A program made the translations under genes and the position numbers. From an uncultured Eubacteriales bacterium (GTDB lineage Bacteria; Bacillota; Clostridia; Oscillospirales; CAG-272), in the NCBI GenBank assembly GCA_934525675.1, contig CAKSZH010000008.1:21914-85913 (forward strand): a stretch of 64,000 nt of DNA, given 5' to 3'. Below the pieces are notes generated by a model. That model did no database searches, was not told the DNA's origin, and saw only the letters and a program-made list of their open reading frames with translations. Shown piece by piece: positions 63,578 through 64,000 of the stretch (positions within the stretch are counted from its first letter, which is position 1; the number at the start of each line of letters is the position of its first letter).

Positions 63578-64000
63578 ATGCCGGACTTGCTGAATCTTTT
63601 GTGGGTGTTTCTTTCGTCGGTGCTTGCCGTCGCATACCTGTTTTTGATTACCAAGATCCTTGGGTACAGACAATTGTCCCAGCTCTCGCCGTTTGATTAC
63701 GTCAACGGCATTTCCATCGGTTCGATCGCGGCGAATCTTGCGACCAACCCGGAGGACTGGGCGGAGCATTTGGTGGCGCTCACCGTGTTCGGCGCCCTGA
63801 CGCTGCTCGGTTCCTTCCTGACCGACCGTTTCATCCGTGTCCGCCGCTTTATATCCGGAACGCCGCTGGTACTCCTGGACCACGGGAAGCTGTTTGAAAA
63901 GAACTTCCGGCGGGGAAAGCTCGATCTCGGCGAATTCCAGACGCTCTGCCGCGCGGCGGGGTATTTTGACCTGTCTGCGGTTTCCACGGCGATCCTGGAG
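63578..64000 (+). CDS. DUF421/YetF-like membrane protein, N-terminal part (3'-truncated by the window edge)
   Basis: ATG 63578 with GAGG 7 nt upstream. MPDLLNLLWVFLSSVLAVAYLFLITKILGYRQLSQLSPFDYVNGISIGSIAA matches the YetF-N/DUF421 opening. The frame is open to the window end, so it is absent from the ORF track. Confidence 0.7.
   Translation, partial: MPDLLNLLWVFLSSVLAVAYLFLITKILGYRQLSQLSPFDYVNGISIGSIAANLATNPEDWAEHLVALTVFGALTLLGSFLTDRFIRVRRFISGTPLVLLDHGKLFEKNFRRGKLDLGEFQTLCRAAGYFDLSAVSTAILE

Noticed and set aside
1-64000. Searched by eye for mobile elements, prophage genes, toxin-antitoxin pairs, restriction-modification systems and known defence-system hallmarks (nucleases, helicases, TIR/SIR2, Cas, Abi)
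   Set aside because: None was recognised. The CPBP/Abi-type protease and the AbrB/MazE-fold protein lack partner genes typical of Abi or TA systems. The AbrB-like gene is followed by an ABC exporter, not a toxin. No terminal inverted repeats, att-like duplications or tRNA integration sites were seen.

Overview
GC-rich (by eye, not computed) chromosomal segment of a spore-forming Firmicute, probably a Clostridia/Oscillospiraceae-like organism: spoIIR, spoIIAA-spoIIAB-sigF and spoVG are all present. I support about 55 protein-coding genes. I found no rRNA or tRNA genes, no CRISPR array, and no recognisable transposase, integrase, phage or classical defence genes. Most of the window is housekeeping: rbfA-nrnA, hisS, metG, gpsA, tatD, murC, nagA, hprK, fumC plus malic enzyme, coaX, rlmI-like, and an RluA-family gene. 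Three accessory blocks stand out. (1) 25.6-32.4 kb holds three consecutive lipoproteins: two paralogous glycosidase-like proteins and an 889-aa BspA-type leucine-rich-repeat protein. All three share an N-terminal Cys-rich module that I cannot assign to a known family. (2) 40.6-54.3 kb is an unusual carbohydrate-ABC-type locus and is my best candidate for an uncharacterised system. It has a 1130-aa solute-binding protein with a long N-terminal extension of roughly 600 aa, and two separate permease pairs. Between the pairs sit an NHL-TPR-Yip1 membrane protein and a 1219-aa protein of unknown function. The locus has no ATPase and no regulator, and a structured leader lies upstream. (3) 57.4-62.2 kb holds a Trp-specific T-box leader in front of a stand-alone trpB2, followed by an ArsR/CadC-HMA-P1B-ATPase metal module. 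In that module the HMA domain and the pump are in the same frame, separated by a single TGA. Smaller oddities are a perfect 25-bp tandem promoter duplication, four tandem hairpin repeats in a convergent intergenic region, and several housekeeping proteins with low-complexity N-terminal extensions. All calls rest on reading the translations, motifs, RBS spacing and hairpins by eye. No database search was run, so family names are from memory and start codons are best guesses.
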